Shown: positions 11,733-24,399 of the stretch, piece after piece | How the letters are laid out: each line of letters opens with the position of its first letter | Position numbering within the stretch: position 1 is the stretch's first letter | Source: Naegleria gruberi | Taxonomy: Eukaryota | Direction: 5' to 3' (one strand) | Assembly: GCA_000004985.1 (NCBI GenBank) | Contig: GG738851.1 | DNA: 64,000 bases | Notes under the pieces: model-generated | The model's database searches: none | What the model was told of the DNA's origin: nothing | Seen by the model: the letters and a program-made list of their open reading frames with translations, nothing else | Made by a program: the position numbers and the translations under genes

Positions 11733-14487
11733 TTAACATTGAATTTTAATGTTGGGAATCTTAGTGAGATCAACTTGTGAAAAGTCTACAGTTGATCTTG
11801 TTGAATTCCACAAGCATAATGAATCCAAAATAGTTTCTACAGATTTCAATGGATTTTCAATAAATATACAATCTGGAGTGTGCAAATATTTAAGCCCAAA
11901 ATGCTTATTCAAACAATTGCCCAATTGATCATCCTTAATACACGTGCTTCCTACATTGAGATAGGTCAATAAAGGGCAGTCAATGTTAAATGATTCAATG
12001 TTGGATCCAAAAATTGATATTGAAGAAAGTGTTTTGTTTCTGATCACCACTGCAAGAGGTTCAGTATTGCAGATGTATTTCATTGATAGGTGAACAAGAG
12101 ATCCCAAATTTTCAAAATCAACCTTTACATCAGATCTATCCATTACTAGATGAGTCAAATTAGGAAGTCTTGGTAGGATTTTTACAATTTTACATCCTGA
12201 AATATCTAAATATTGGATTGATTGTGGAAGTGTTAACTCTGGAATAACTCTTTCAACAGAAAGGCAGAGATGCGTTATTAAATGTAAGTGTTCAAACTGA
12301 TCTAGGTTGTCATTTCCACTCAATTTAAGCTTTCTTAATGAGGTGTGTAATTTAGGTGAATCAATATTGGATCCTGAAATATCTAAATCTGTGATAGAGC
12401 TATAACACTCAAACATTCCTATAATGCCACAATTAATAATGTGAAGTTTTTTGAGAGATGAGTTTGGATATCTAGAAGTTATTTTCAACTTTTTACAATT
12501 ATAAATTATCAAACTCTCCAAATTAGGTCCCTTGAAAAACCAATTTGTCTTGATTGTTGGACATAAAAATGTAGATGGAGATATAACCACCAGAGTTTTC
12601 AGGTTGGATTTGACTTTTGTAGTCAGGGCTTTGATACATCTGACTGCCTCTCCTTTCAGGGTAATAGTCTGTAAATTCTTGAATTCATTCAAAAACTTGG
12701 TAAAGAAATTCCTATCAAAAAGTAGTGGAATTGTGATGGATTTCTTCTCGAATAAGCATTCTCTGAATTGTCTGTTAACAGATGAAATTGTTGGATAATG
12801 TCGAGTTTCTATATATTCAATAATTTTTCCAACAAGTTCGTTCGGTAAATCAAACCTATAAGCTTGCTTTACAATATTGCTACTTGCTTTTCTTCGTTTT
12901 AACATGTCAAAATAATTGGTGTTTGGCATTTTAGACATTTCAGAAACAATTATTTCTCTACGAATATTCTTATCAAAATCGCAAGTAATTGGATTCTCTG
13001 GATCTTGAATAGAGAAAATTGCAGATGATAATCCATACCTTGACATCTCTTTCAAATCATCTAGTTTATAAAAGCCAAGTTTAGCAGGTGGACCAATAGT
13101 ATCTACACTCTGATAAAGGTTGGTTGTCATTCCAAATGAAAATAATGATTTGTCATGGTTAACAGCTCCAAAACTACATATTTGCGTTGTTTCACTATTT
13201 TTAGGTTTGATTTGAAATAACTCTCTTGATTGTTTTAAATTTACAACTTTGCAAGTATTGCATCCTGTTATAAATAAATAATTATTATCAATTATATCAA
13301 CACTATTTACAGGATATACATGGTTTTGAGGGTAGCCTGATGGACTTTTAAATATTGAAAGATATTCATTGGATTCAAAATGAAAATTGACCAAATTATG
13401 TAAAATAATTTGACCTCCAGTTGTTCCCAAAATTATGCCTCTCTCTGGATCGTTTTTGAAATTAACTGTTGTAATAAATCCAAAGACGCCAATAATTTCA
13501 GCTGAATAGATCTCCTTATCTCTTGTCATATCATATATTTTAACAGTTTTACCACTACAAGTAGCCATAAATGGAAAATTAATATCGAATACAGATGCAT
13601 TATGCATTGGCAAAGTGACTCCTTCATGAATGTTTCTGATATCATACGATATAAAAGCTGATCCATCGAATGGGTTTGATATAATAGTATTCAGGGAATG
13701 GCAATATTTGATTTTTCCAGGACGGAGGGTCTTATCACCACCACAGATGTCATTATTACAAGTCTGTTTTACAAAATCAATAGAATGAATTTTTCCATCT
13801 ATTGTACTACTATATACAACGTTATTTGCATCCATTACTGAATTAATTACTGGTAAAGAATGATTAAAATTGGCCAATTCCAAATTATTTTCATCCATTT
13901 TTCCAAGAAATGTCTTTAATTATTTGTCAACAAGTTTAAATAATCTAAAAACACTTACCATACCATTCCAAGATGAAAGACAAAATAAATGTCTGTCATT
14001 GAGTGAATAAGTATGACTTGTAATACCTTCTTTCACAATAGGATTAATCTCGAATTCTAAATGATTGGCTTTGTACGAATGATGCAAAGGAATTTGTTTT
14101 GGAAAACCATAAATTGAAGAATCATTCGTAGAGACAAACTCCAAACTTGTTACTTTCAAAACACTTTAAATGTAAATATGAATAAAAGATTAATTCCTAC
14201 CTCTTGTTCGATTGATCAAACATGGAATAACCCGATAACAATCGGATACAATCCTTGTATTTTAAACGAGTACTCATATTGGATTGAATAACAATCGGTA
14301 AACAATAAATACTATCACTAACTGTAGCAAAAATATGAACCCGATCTTTAGATAAAATTGGATAATCAATTACTTGAACAATTGGATGGTCAATTAAATC
14401 AAATGGAATATTGGAGGCAATTTGATCGCATATTTTAGAACACCAACCAGAGGATAGACGGACCGATGACGATTCTTGTTGCGACAT
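11733..14487 (-). CDS. WD40-like beta-propeller, then F-box, then leucine-rich-repeat protein. CDS complement(join(11733..13913,13959..14163,14201..14487)).
   Basis: The N-terminus has WD-like repeats, for example ATCSGKTVKIYDM. The central F-box is LPNELVGKIIEYIETRHYPTISSVNRQFRE. The C-terminus has LRRs. Two introns, GTAGGA..AG (37 nt) and GTAAGT..AG (45 nt), keep the frame. Confidence 0.7.
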
Positions 14488-14546
14488 TTTTTTTTCTAAT
14501 ATTTTCGAACTTTTGTAAAATATTTTAATCTTTAATATTATTGATT

Positions 14547-15434
14547 TTATATTATTCTTGGGATTACAGTTATTAAAAGTAGCATAAATACAAAGGAAAT
14601 TAAAACAACCACGATGAAGGTAATTTGTGAATAGAGATAGGTCTTGGCAAGTGAAATTTGTTGATTCAAATCAGTTTGAGCTCTATCCAGTGATGATTTG
14701 CTCTTCTCCAATATTACACTCTTTCTCTTTATGGAATCTACATCTGATTTGATAAATTCATTCACTTGTTGAGCTTTTTCTTTCAACATGGATGTTAATT
14801 TGGAAAGTTCTTCCTTGGTTTTTTCCTGTTCTTTCTGTTGAGTATCGACCTCTTCCTGTTCATTGGCTTGTAAATCATCATCTTCATTCAATTCTCCAAA
14901 TTCATCCAAAAGTGATGATTCTTGATTTTTCTGTTCAATTAAATGTTTTTGAATATTGGATACAATCTTTGAAAGTGAATCAGTTTCAGGCAGAGAAGGT
15001 AACTCTACATATTTAAATTGTTTCTTTGATTGATATAGTTTTTGAATTCTTTCATTCACTAAATTAAATTCCTCCTCCACTTGATTATAAGCATCCACTC
15101 CATAGGCTTTGATGAATGGATTTTCAATATGAATTAATAAATCCCTTGCATCAGAACAAAACGTTAATAACTTTTGCAATTGCAAAACATTTTCAAAACT
15201 CTCCATTCCTTCCTTTATGTGTTCAAACAGCCTTCTGAAATTTACAATTTTCCTAAAATCTTGATCCGAAATAATATTGGTATGGTCTTCCAGGCAATCT
15301 ACAATATTATTATTATTTAAAAGAGAAGAATTATTGGTAGTACTATTATTTAGACTCAGGAAGAAATTATTTGGATCGGAAGATTGATGATCATTATCGT
15401 CATTCACTAACAAGCCTTTCTTGAGTAGAAACAT
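14547..15434 (-). CDS. Tail-anchored coiled-coil protein, possibly SNARE-like (Sec20/Use1/syntaxin-18 class)
   Basis: 295-aa ORF. It has poly-N, long coiled coils and a C-terminal TM, ITFIVVVLISFVFMLLLITVIPRII, preceded by LDRAQTDLNQQISLAKTYLYSQ. Confidence 0.45.
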   Translation of the reverse strand: MFLLKKGLLVNDDNDHQSSDPNNFFLSLNNSTTNNSSLLNNNNIVDCLEDHTNIISDQDFRKIVNFRRLFEHIKEGMESFENVLQLQKLLTFCSDARDLLIHIENPFIKAYGVDAYNQVEEEFNLVNERIQKLYQSKKQFKYVELPSLPETDSLSKIVSNIQKHLIEQKNQESSLLDEFGELNEDDDLQANEQEEVDTQQKEQEKTKEELSKLTSMLKEKAQQVNEFIKSDVDSIKRKSVILEKSKSSLDRAQTDLNQQISLAKTYLYSQITFIVVVLISFVFMLLLITVIPRII

Positions 15435-15586
15435 TTTTTTAATTTTAGATTTGCCATGTCATCTTAATTTTTATAATAGTATCTTTCAATAAGTATTGAA
15501 AGTTAATATTAATGTAATGTTATAATATTTATTATTACTTTAAATGTTAAAGTATTTAAATATTTAAAGTTTGAATTTTTAAAAAA

Positions 15587-16309
15587 ATGTTAAAACAATC
15601 TATTCTTTCATCGAGGAGACTTTTGTCATCAGGAACTTTTAATTATTTCCGTACCAGTTTAAATAATAACAATTTTCTGTCTGTGATCGCTAATCACAAA
15701 GGCTTGGATCATCAATTTTCTTCATGTTTATTCGCAAAACAATCATTAAATTCAAATCAATCTAGTAGTAATAATAGTAATAATACAACAACATCGGAAT
15801 CATCAAAAACTGAAGAAGAACTTAGACAAGAAATAGCAGAAGAAGAACGTAAAATTAAAGAATTGGAAAAACAATTATATTCTGAAAAACAAGCCATGTC
15901 AATGATTTTCAAAGCCTCTGGATCTTCGTTCGGATTTAAACGACGTTCCGATGACGGTGATGCAAATAATCCAAATATTCCTCAATTAAGTCCAGAAGAA
16001 TCATTAAAGGCTAGAGTATTAGGTTATAAATTAGCATCACTCGCACTTGTCTATGGAACATTATTGAATGTTGCCGCTGCTATTATCTTTATTTTGATTT
16101 GTTACTTTGTTTTCGATATTAAAACTGTTTTGGATTTGAAAAATGTGATTAGAAGGATAATAAGAGGCAAAGATTATCAACATGCAGATGAAAATTTAAC
16201 ACCAGAACAACGAGTTGAAAAGATGACACAATTATTCAAATCAACAATTGTTAAACAAAATGAAATTAAGGATTCAGAAAAGGAAGATAAGTCTGAGAAT
16301 CAAAATTAA
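15587..16309 (+). CDS. Hypothetical mitochondrial-type membrane protein (presequence, coiled coil, one TM)
   Basis: The N-terminus MLKQSILSSRRLLSSGTFNYFRTS is presequence-like. The TM is LASLALVYGTLLNVAAAIIFILICYFVF. Confidence 0.5.
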   Translation: MLKQSILSSRRLLSSGTFNYFRTSLNNNNFLSVIANHKGLDHQFSSCLFAKQSLNSNQSSSNNSNNTTTSESSKTEEELRQEIAEEERKIKELEKQLYSEKQAMSMIFKASGSSFGFKRRSDDGDANNPNIPQLSPEESLKARVLGYKLASLALVYGTLLNVAAAIIFILICYFVFDIKTVLDLKNVIRRIIRGKDYQHADENLTPEQRVEKMTQLFKSTIVKQNEIKDSEKEDKSENQN

Positions 16310-16580
16310 CAATATAATCTTGTTTCAATTGACTGTCAACAAGTACAAATGTTGGTTGTCCATAGTTCAAAATTTACTACGGTGATTTTTTTTATAAATG
16401 GCCCTTTGACTTACCATTCTAAAACATTTGTCACTAATCAAATTGCCAAAAAGTAAAGTTTGAGCAAAAATCATCCGGTTGATTATCACTTCATATCGTG
16501 CTGGCCAGCAACATGTATCATTCATAGGATTTTGCCTTCATAACGAATCAATCCCATTAGTTTATGAGAAACAAAGAAAA

Positions 16581-17852
16581 ATGGCAACAACACCTCAACA
16601 ACAATTTACCAACAACACCAACACGACATCCATATTTTCCCTAAGCAATAACCAACAACAGCAACAACCACTCCACAATCAGCAGCAACAATTCCACAGC
16701 AGCACAAATCACAACAACATGCAAATAATGAATCATGTGAATGAAAACTCCAACAATGGCAACAAACCAACAACTCCTCAAACCATTTTCAATCATAATG
16801 CAATGAATGGTGTTTCGTCTGTTGTTACTCCTCCTCAACAACAACAACAACAACACCATACAGTTTTGCAACATCGAGTGATTAACATGTCATCCAACAC
16901 AACCAATAATTCCACTCAACAACAAACTCCTGTTATCTTTACTGGTGGTGGCAAGGGAAGTAACATGTTGCTGAATGCAAATACCTTGAATCAACAACCA
17001 GGTACAAACCTGATTCAAAACATTCAATCGTCATCATCTTCTACACAACTCATGAAGGAAGAATCTATGGAAGAATTATTGGTTGAAGGATTGGAAAGAT
17101 ATAAAACATTTGGTGACTTACTCAAACAACAACAGCTACCAAATAATAATCAGAGAATGAATGTGGTGATGAATCAATTAGTTTCGAATATTGACATGCA
17201 CAATCTTCAACAAGATGTTGCTAAACAACAAACAAATTCTCCAATTGTGGATGTGGATTCGATTGTTTATTCATTAACTAATCATTTACAATCTTCGAAT
17301 ATTGGTTTGGTCAATCCTCAACAATTTCAATCCTCCTCACCAAATGCTTCCCACCAATCATTAATGAATCAAAACATTCCTGCAACCACCATTACCACTT
17401 CTTCCTCCGTTTTGAAAGCAAATAATTCCCAACTTTCGAATAATATTGCATCCAATTCTTCAACTTTTTCTAACGTGATTAATCTTTCCAACTTTAATGA
17501 CAACAATTCATCACAATTCATTTCTAACAATTCAAATGAAAGCTCCAGTGCTTCTTCTACCACAAACTTTCTTAGTTTATTAACATCCAATACAGTTTCG
17601 AATAGCAATAATACTATTGTAAACTCCTCAAATACAATTCAACAACAACCTCAACCTTCAACTTCAACAAGTGAAATGCCAGCCCCTAAAAAGAGAAAAT
17701 CAAAAGATAACACAAATAAGGAAACCAAAAGAAAGAAGAATGATGTTCCATATTCTTCCATTCTTTCTTTTCAATCAGGAAATTCAAAGGCGAAAAAAGG
17801 AGTTCAATTTCATAATTATGATCCAAACCAAGATTATCAAACAGAGAATTAA
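16581..17852 (+). CDS. Q/N-rich low-complexity protein with a C-terminal basic region that looks like a nuclear localisation signal
   Basis: ATG at 16581 (MATTPQQQFTNN...). Poly-Q/N tracts. C-terminal PAPKKRKSKDNTNKETKRKKND. Confidence 0.5.
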   Translation: MATTPQQQFTNNTNTTSIFSLSNNQQQQQPLHNQQQQFHSSTNHNNMQIMNHVNENSNNGNKPTTPQTIFNHNAMNGVSSVVTPPQQQQQQHHTVLQHRVINMSSNTTNNSTQQQTPVIFTGGGKGSNMLLNANTLNQQPGTNLIQNIQSSSSSTQLMKEESMEELLVEGLERYKTFGDLLKQQQLPNNNQRMNVVMNQLVSNIDMHNLQQDVAKQQTNSPIVDVDSIVYSLTNHLQSSNIGLVNPQQFQSSSPNASHQSLMNQNIPATTITTSSSVLKANNSQLSNNIASNSSTFSNVINLSNFNDNNSSQFISNNSNESSSASSTTNFLSLLTSNTVSNSNNTIVNSSNTIQQQPQPSTSTSEMPAPKKRKSKDNTNKETKRKKNDVPYSSILSFQSGNSKAKKGVQFHNYDPNQDYQTEN

Positions 17853-18060
17853 CAATTTTTGAGATTAAAATCAGGTATAAAACTTGATTTTGGGAATTCA
17901 AACTAAAGTTTCTTTTTGATTAAATTATTCGAAACGTTTCTTTCAGACAAAATTGATCACATTGTAACAATACAAATGATTACAAATGATAGTGAACAGT
18001 TAGGGCTTCTTTTATTTACATTTCTAATAATATTTACAAAAACTGATCATTCGAAACACT

Positions 18061-18270
18061 TTAATGCTTCTCCTTTTCTCTTTCTTCTCTTTCTCTCTTC
18101 AACATTTCCTGAAAGAATGGAGTATCAAATGCACCACATGATATTCCAATTCTTCCCGTTGACAAATCACCTCCATAGGTAGCCAAATGTGAACAAGATG
18201 GTTTCACTGTGGATGTTGTTGAAGTATTGATAGCAGCAGAAGTTGGGTTGTTACTAGTTGATGAATTCAT
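18061..18270 (-). CDS. Small ORF (69 aa), S/T-rich with an acidic C-terminus. Uncertain.
   Basis: ATG at 18270. The ORF MNSSTSNNPTSAAINTSTTS...REREEREKEKH has no recognisable domain. Confidence 0.25.
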   Translation of the reverse strand: MNSSTSNNPTSAAINTSTTSTVKPSCSHLATYGGDLSTGRIGISCGAFDTPFFQEMLKREREEREKEKH

Positions 18271-18809
18271 GATATTTTAATTGAATGTTTTGTTTTGATC
18301 TTTTTGTTCTGGATTTGTTTTATTTCTAATTTTAAGTGCACAGTTCAATGAATGCAAAATGAAAATGTTCAAATTGAACCTCAATTTCAAAAAATTAATA
18401 ATGAACAGTTTACAAAAGCCAATTCAAGCTCTTGGCGTCAATCCAATTGTTTCTTCTCAAAATCTAATTTTTAAAAAAGGTTTGAATACCAGGTTTGAGA
18501 AAATGGTGGAGAACACAACGATAATGGTTTTCTTGTTGTTTGCTTAATGTCATCTACCAGTTCTTGCAACTGATGTTCAACTGATTCATGTATAAATTTC
18601 TATGAGGATGAGCAACAAACAAGCACTGAGTTACTCAATTATTACATAACATGAACCAGGTTTGTGTCCAGAAACAAAAATCAGTTCATTGAAAGAATTT
18701 CTTTACATACGAACTATTTGCTAAAAATACACTCCAAAAACAAGTATAAAAAGTGAGGAAGTGCTTTGAATTCAAGAAAAACAATAAGAAAAACAAAACA
18801 ACAAACACA

Positions 18810-19265
18810 ATGCAATTATTTGTCAAGACACTCACTGGTAAAACCATCACATTGGAAGTTGAATCTAATGATTCAATTGAAAACGTCAAGTCAAAGATTC
18901 AAGATAAGGAAGGAATTCCACCAGAACAACAAAGACTCATCTATGCAGGTAAACAATTGGAAGATGGCAGAACTATTAATGATTATAACATTCAAAAAGA
19001 CTCCACACTTCATTTGGTATTGAGATTGAGAGGAGGAATGCAACTTTTTGTAAAAACCTTAACTGGAAAGACAATTACTATTGAAATGGAATCAAATGAT
19101 ACTGTTGAGAATATGAAACAAAAGATATTTGATAAGGAAGGTATTCCTTCAGATCAACAACGATTGATTTATGCAGGAAAACAATTAGAAGATGGCAGAA
19201 CAATTAGTGATTACAATCTTCAAAAGGATTCAACTGTACATTTAGTATTGAGATTGAGAGGAGGT
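18810..19265 (+). repeat. 2 x 228-bp tandem ubiquitin-coding units, roughly 75-80% identical at the nucleotide level
   Basis: Direct repeat seen in the sequence at 18810-19037 and 19038-19265. Confidence 0.7.
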
Positions 19266-19271
19266 TGTTAA
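18810..19271 (+). CDS. Tandem di-ubiquitin-like protein: two divergent ubiquitin units ending RLRGG-C
   Basis: Unit 1 is [76 protein letters not shown], about 88% identical to canonical ubiquitin. Unit 2 is [77 protein letters not shown], about 80% identical. Confidence 0.8.
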   Translation: MQLFVKTLTGKTITLEVESNDSIENVKSKIQDKEGIPPEQQRLIYAGKQLEDGRTINDYNIQKDSTLHLVLRLRGGMQLFVKTLTGKTITIEMESNDTVENMKQKIFDKEGIPSDQQRLIYAGKQLEDGRTISDYNLQKDSTVHLVLRLRGGC

Positions 19272-20000
19272 TCATAATATTATGAGAATGAACCATTGAA
19301 AATAAATCTTGTATTATATCCCACTTGTTCAGAATTTTTATTGGATAGTCAATTTGTTTTACTCTTTGTTATTAGATCTGAAAATATTTAATAGGATTCT
19401 CAGAGAAGATTTCATTAACAATTAAGTTGGTATTCATAATTTTGAAACCCTTAAAAGAATTTGTCTCCGTAAATAGTGCTCAATGTTTAGTTATCAATAA
19501 GAGAATGTCAAATGTTGTTTGAAATGAAAAACATCAACCAGTGCTCTCAAAAAGGTTAGAATCAGAATACTGCTGGTTGTTCTCATTCTAAAATGTTATG
19601 AGATTGAGATTTGGAAGTTTGCTTCCCAATATCATTCAATATTTTGCAATCACTAAAATTTCTTATATCTTAGCCAATTCAAATTTGAATAAAACCATTT
19701 GAACTCTATCAATAGACCAACTCTCTTCTCAATTATTAACAATGTTCATTCCACTACATGAACTCTTGTTCTTCCTCCACCACATGCTATCAAACTCGCT
19801 CTTACAAAAAAACCCATAAAACGAAATCCATCATAAAAATAAATTCTTTTTTCCAGAGCAAAAAAAATCGTAAAATTTCTTTTTGCAAAACCGGCACAAC
19901 GAATCTTTTGTGTGTCGTCATCCACTTCCTCTCCTCTCTAAAAAGAATCCTGAATAATTATTATTATTATCAGTAGTATTAGCATTAGTAGTATCGGAAA

Positions 20001-23000
20001 ATGCAAACCATTGTAGATATTGTCAAACCAAAACTCGATACAAGAGAGTATAAAGTCTTGAAATTGGTGAATGAATTGGAAGTCTTATTGGTGAGTGATA
20101 GTGAATCACAAACATCTGCAGCTGCTATGGATGTTAAAGTTGGACACTTTTCCGATCCTGCTGATTTTCCTGGAGTAAGTTATTATGAGATTCGGAGCCT
20201 TTTTAAAGTTATATAGTTGGCTCACTTTTGTGAACATATGTGTTTTTTAGGTTCATCTAAATATCCACAAGAAGGAGAATATCAAGAATTTATTAAAAAG
20301 AATGGAGGAAGTACAAATGCAGGCACTTCTACAGAAACAACAGGATTTTACTTTTCTGTTCAAAGTGGACAATTGGAAAAGGCATTGGATATGTTTGCAC
20401 AATTTTTCATTGCACCATCTTTTACTGAAAGTGCAACTGGAAGAGAAATTCTTGCTGTGGACAGTGAACATAAGAAAAATTTGAATGAAGATCATTGGAG
20501 ACAATATCAAATTTTAAAATCTAATTCAAATTCTCAACATCCATTTTCAAAATTCGCAACAGGTTGTGTGGAAACTTTGGATACTACACCTAAGGAAAGA
20601 AATATGAATGTTAGGGATGCCTTGATGGAATTCCATTCAAAGTATTACTCTAGTAATCAAATGAAACTTTGTATTCTTGGAAATCAACCAATTTCACAAC
20701 TTGAAGAATGGGCTGTCACCAAATTTAGTGAAATCAAGAACATGGGTTCACAAACCCATCACTTTTATCCTAAAGATGTTAAGCCATTCGAAAAGGAACA
20801 AATTTCAAAGTTTATCAGAACCAAGACCATTTCCGATATTACAGAATTACTAGTTTTATTCCCAATTACAATGAAATCTGATCATGTTGAGGGAAGAAAT
20901 ATGATTTACAAGTACAAACCTGACAAGTATATCACCCATTTACTTGGCCATGAAGGAAAGGGGTCATTGTTTTCATACCTGAAAAAACTTGGATGGAGTA
21001 GTAGTTTATCTGCTGGTCCTTTCCTTAGAGTTGGAGGAGTTCATCAAGAAATTGACTCCTTTACATCATTCACTCTTTACTCTGTTACTATAGAATTAAC
21101 ATCAGAAGGTGAATCGCATATCAAAGAAATTGTAGAAAAGCTCTTTGAGTTCATTGATTTGGTAAGAAGTCAACCAGTTCAAAAATGGGTATTTGACGAA
21201 ATTACTCATTTGGCTGAAATTGGATTGCAAAATCTTGAATTCCCAAGTGCAATGCAATGCGCAAGTGATTTGTCTCAAAATTTGACCAAGTATTTGCCAA
21301 AAGATGTTATTTCTGGAGCTCATCTCATTGAATACAATGAAGTTGCAATCATTGAATTCATGCAACAACTCAAGGCCAATAACTTTAACATTTATTATCA
21401 AAAGAATAGCTTTGATGATACTAATTTCCTTGAAGAAAAGTGGTATGGAACCAAGTACAGTGTAGAACATATTGAAAAAGATTGGATTGAACACCTCTCC
21501 AATGTTAAACACGTAACACCTGAATTGGATTTCCCACCAAGAAATCCATTCATTCCTGAAGATTTATCAATCAAGGGTGTTATTGACCAAGCAGAAAATA
21601 GTCAACCTCCTGTTCTCATTACTGATGATTCTAAAATCAAAACTTGGTTCAAACAAGATAATTATTTCGGAACTCCTCGTGGTAGTTTAATTTACAATAT
21701 TATTCTTCCTCAAACTAAAGCAGATCCAAGAACTGTTATTCAAGCAGAATTATTTGCAGAACTTGTTATGGATTATTTGAATGAAGAAGCTTATTTGGCT
21801 CAAGTTGCAGGAATTCAATATACCATCTCATTCAATCCAAATGGTATTAACGTTATTGTAATTGGTTTTAATGACAAACTCTTGCAAGTTAATAACAAGG
21901 TTTTGCAAACTATGGTTGACTGTGCTGATAAGAAACTTCTTTCTGAACAAAGATTTAATGTAATTATGGAGCTTCTTTCTAGAAACTACAAGAATTTCCC
22001 ATTCTCTCAACCATATGAACACGCCATGATTGAAAGTATTAGATTCATGTATCAAAGAAAATTCTGTGCTCTTGATTACATTCAAGTTGTTGACTCTATC
22101 ACTTTTGAAAGTTTCTATAATTTTGTTCAAATGTGGATGACAACATTGAGAGTTGAATTGTTAGTTCATGGTAACTTTACAAAGGAAGAAGCAGAAATAA
22201 TTTCAATGGAAACTGAAAATATTCTTTACAAAAATAGAAGTACCACAGTTAGTGTACCACTTCCATGTCAAGAAAATAGAGAATATGTTGTTCAACTGCC
22301 AGCTGGTACTGATATTCTAGTTCCAGTTTTAAGTTATAATCCATCAAATCCAAATCATGGTCTTGAAATTGTTTACCAACTAGGTTTAAGAAGTTTTGAA
22401 TTAGATACTGTAAGTTGAATGATATTTATTAATTTTATTAACTCTACCAAGTTGGCTGAATTATTTAATCAAATTGTTTCTACACCATACTATAGTTATT
22501 TGCGTACTGAAAAGCAATTGGGTTATATTGTTCACTCTAGAGTTAGATTTGATCATAACGTTTGCTCGTTCAGTTGCATTTTACAATCACCAACCTATGA
22601 TCCAAAGCACATTCTCACAGAAAATGATACATTTATGGAAAGCTTTGGAGAAATTTTGGCTGCAATCACAGAACAAGATCTTCAAGAAATTATCAATTCC
22701 TTAATTACAAAGATAATGGAAAAGGAAAAGAAGATGAAAATTGAATCAGCCAGATTAATGACTGAAATCTCAAATCAACAATACAAGTTTGATAGAAGAG
22801 AAAGAAAAGTTGAAACTCTTAAGAAATTTACAAAGCAACACCTTATTGATTTGTATAATGATTATTTGATTCCTAGTGGATCAAAATTCAAGAGAGCTTC
22901 ATTCCTTCTCTTTGCTAGTTCTGATGCTAAATCATATGAAAATGTTGCAACATTCAAAGATGAAAGAAAATCCATTCTCGTTTCAGATAGATTCAATTTC

Positions 23001-23042
23001 AAAAATTCTCTTCCTCTTTTCCCAACTTTGACTGATTATTAA
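20001..23042 (+). CDS. Insulin-degrading-enzyme-like M16A (pitrilysin-family) zinc metalloprotease. CDS join(20001..20174,20217..22409,22452..23042).
   Basis: The inverted zinc motif GLAHFCEHMCFLGSSKYP (HxxEH) forms only after splicing a 42-nt GTAAGT intron. A second 42-nt intron joins ...ELDT to LAELFNQIVSTPYYSYLRTEKQLGYIVHS. Confidence 0.85.
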
Positions 23043-23248
23043 ATTATTTTTTAAATTGTTAATAATTTGTTATTTAATATTTTTATTTTTTGAAACATCA
23101 GGAACTTTGTATATTTGTGTATCAGTGAGAGGAGTGGATATTGGCTGGGATAATTTGTTGTGGATGGCGGGAAATATATTCATCGGAAGAAGGTAAATAG
23201 TAGTGGTACATTTGTGGTGAATTACAAATTCGTGTTGTGCATTGTGGA

Positions 23249-24142
23249 TTATTTTCCATTTTCATTTCTCTTCTTTAAAATATATCGTGTTATGTGGGAT
23301 TTTGTTATCTTTCTGTTTACATTTCTTACAGGTTTAAGTAATGATTCCAATCTATAATTCTGAATCAAAAAATGTGGACTTAGTGATAAATCTTCAAGAA
23401 GTGTTTGATATGCTTCCTTATTTCCTTTACAAATATCATTTAACAATACAGGGTGAACGTGTTGACTTAAAAACTTCTTTCTTTCTGGAATTGATCTATC
23501 AAATACTTGATCAAATGATGTGGCTTCTGGAGGGGGTAAAAGTACTGATTTTTTCTTCTTTGGTGTTTTTTGTTTTGACTTAGGTGAAGTTATTTTTCTT
23601 CTATTATCATTCTCTTCGGAATAATTATTGGAAATTAAATTTACATTACTACTACTAGGATCAGAAGGAAATTCACCAATTATAGGTTGAATTTTAGTTT
23701 CCCAACATTGATCACAACAAATATTCTTTGCTTGTCTTTGTTTTTTAAGATAGTCTAGGTGTTTATCGGAAACCATAAAGCTCAAATTACTAGGTAGTCT
23801 TTTAATTTGATCTGTTGCAACAAGAAAACCATTTGGATGTCCCTTTTCATTTTCGCACAAACAACATAATTTTCTAACAAGACCATCTGATGATTTTTTC
23901 TTCCTTTCAGTAGGTACTGCTGTAACTTGATTATTTGTACTACTACTACCACTAGAATTTATACCACCAATAGAATTACTAGATTTATCACTTGATGATG
24001 GTGATGGTAGCTGTGGAATTGACATTGAATCCGGGATATCAAATGTTGGTGTAGCAGCATTTAAAACATATATTATATCATCAGGGTCAAAGGGTGGTAA
24101 AACCATATTCATGTTGTGGCCTGTTGGTTGTAAGTAAGACAT
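23249..24142 (-). CDS. Hypothetical S/P-rich protein with Cys-rich motifs
   Basis: 297-aa ORF from the ATG at 24142. It contains LCCLCENEKGHPNGF...CCDQCWE. No family recognised. Confidence 0.45.
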   Translation of the reverse strand: MSYLQPTGHNMNMVLPPFDPDDIIYVLNAATPTFDIPDSMSIPQLPSPSSSDKSSNSIGGINSSGSSSTNNQVTAVPTERKKKSSDGLVRKLCCLCENEKGHPNGFLVATDQIKRLPSNLSFMVSDKHLDYLKKQRQAKNICCDQCWETKIQPIIGEFPSDPSSSNVNLISNNYSEENDNRRKITSPKSKQKTPKKKKSVLLPPPEATSFDQVFDRSIPERKKFLSQHVHPVLLNDICKGNKEAYQTLLEDLSLSPHFLIQNYRLESLLKPVRNVNRKITKSHITRYILKKRNENGK

Positions 24143-24399
24143 TTTTTAATGATGATGATGATGAATTTTTTCAGTTCAACTGCTGATGCTGCAATTGTGT
24201 TTTTTAGTGTGGTGTTGTTGTTGTTGATGTTGAAAGAACTTTTTTTTCTAGAATTTTACAGCCTTTTTAAAAGCATTCTAATAGGACCATCAATAAGAGA
24301 GACAATCACCATAAATATCCAAGCATTTCATCATGGAACAAGTATCATGAAGAATAGATAATACAATAACAAAACATGTAATCATTATGAATCATATTG

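Noticed and set aside
24149-24361. ORF beginning MMMMMNFF in the intergenic region
   Set aside because: It comes from ATGATG microsatellite-like runs shared with the duplicated segment and has no coding signature.
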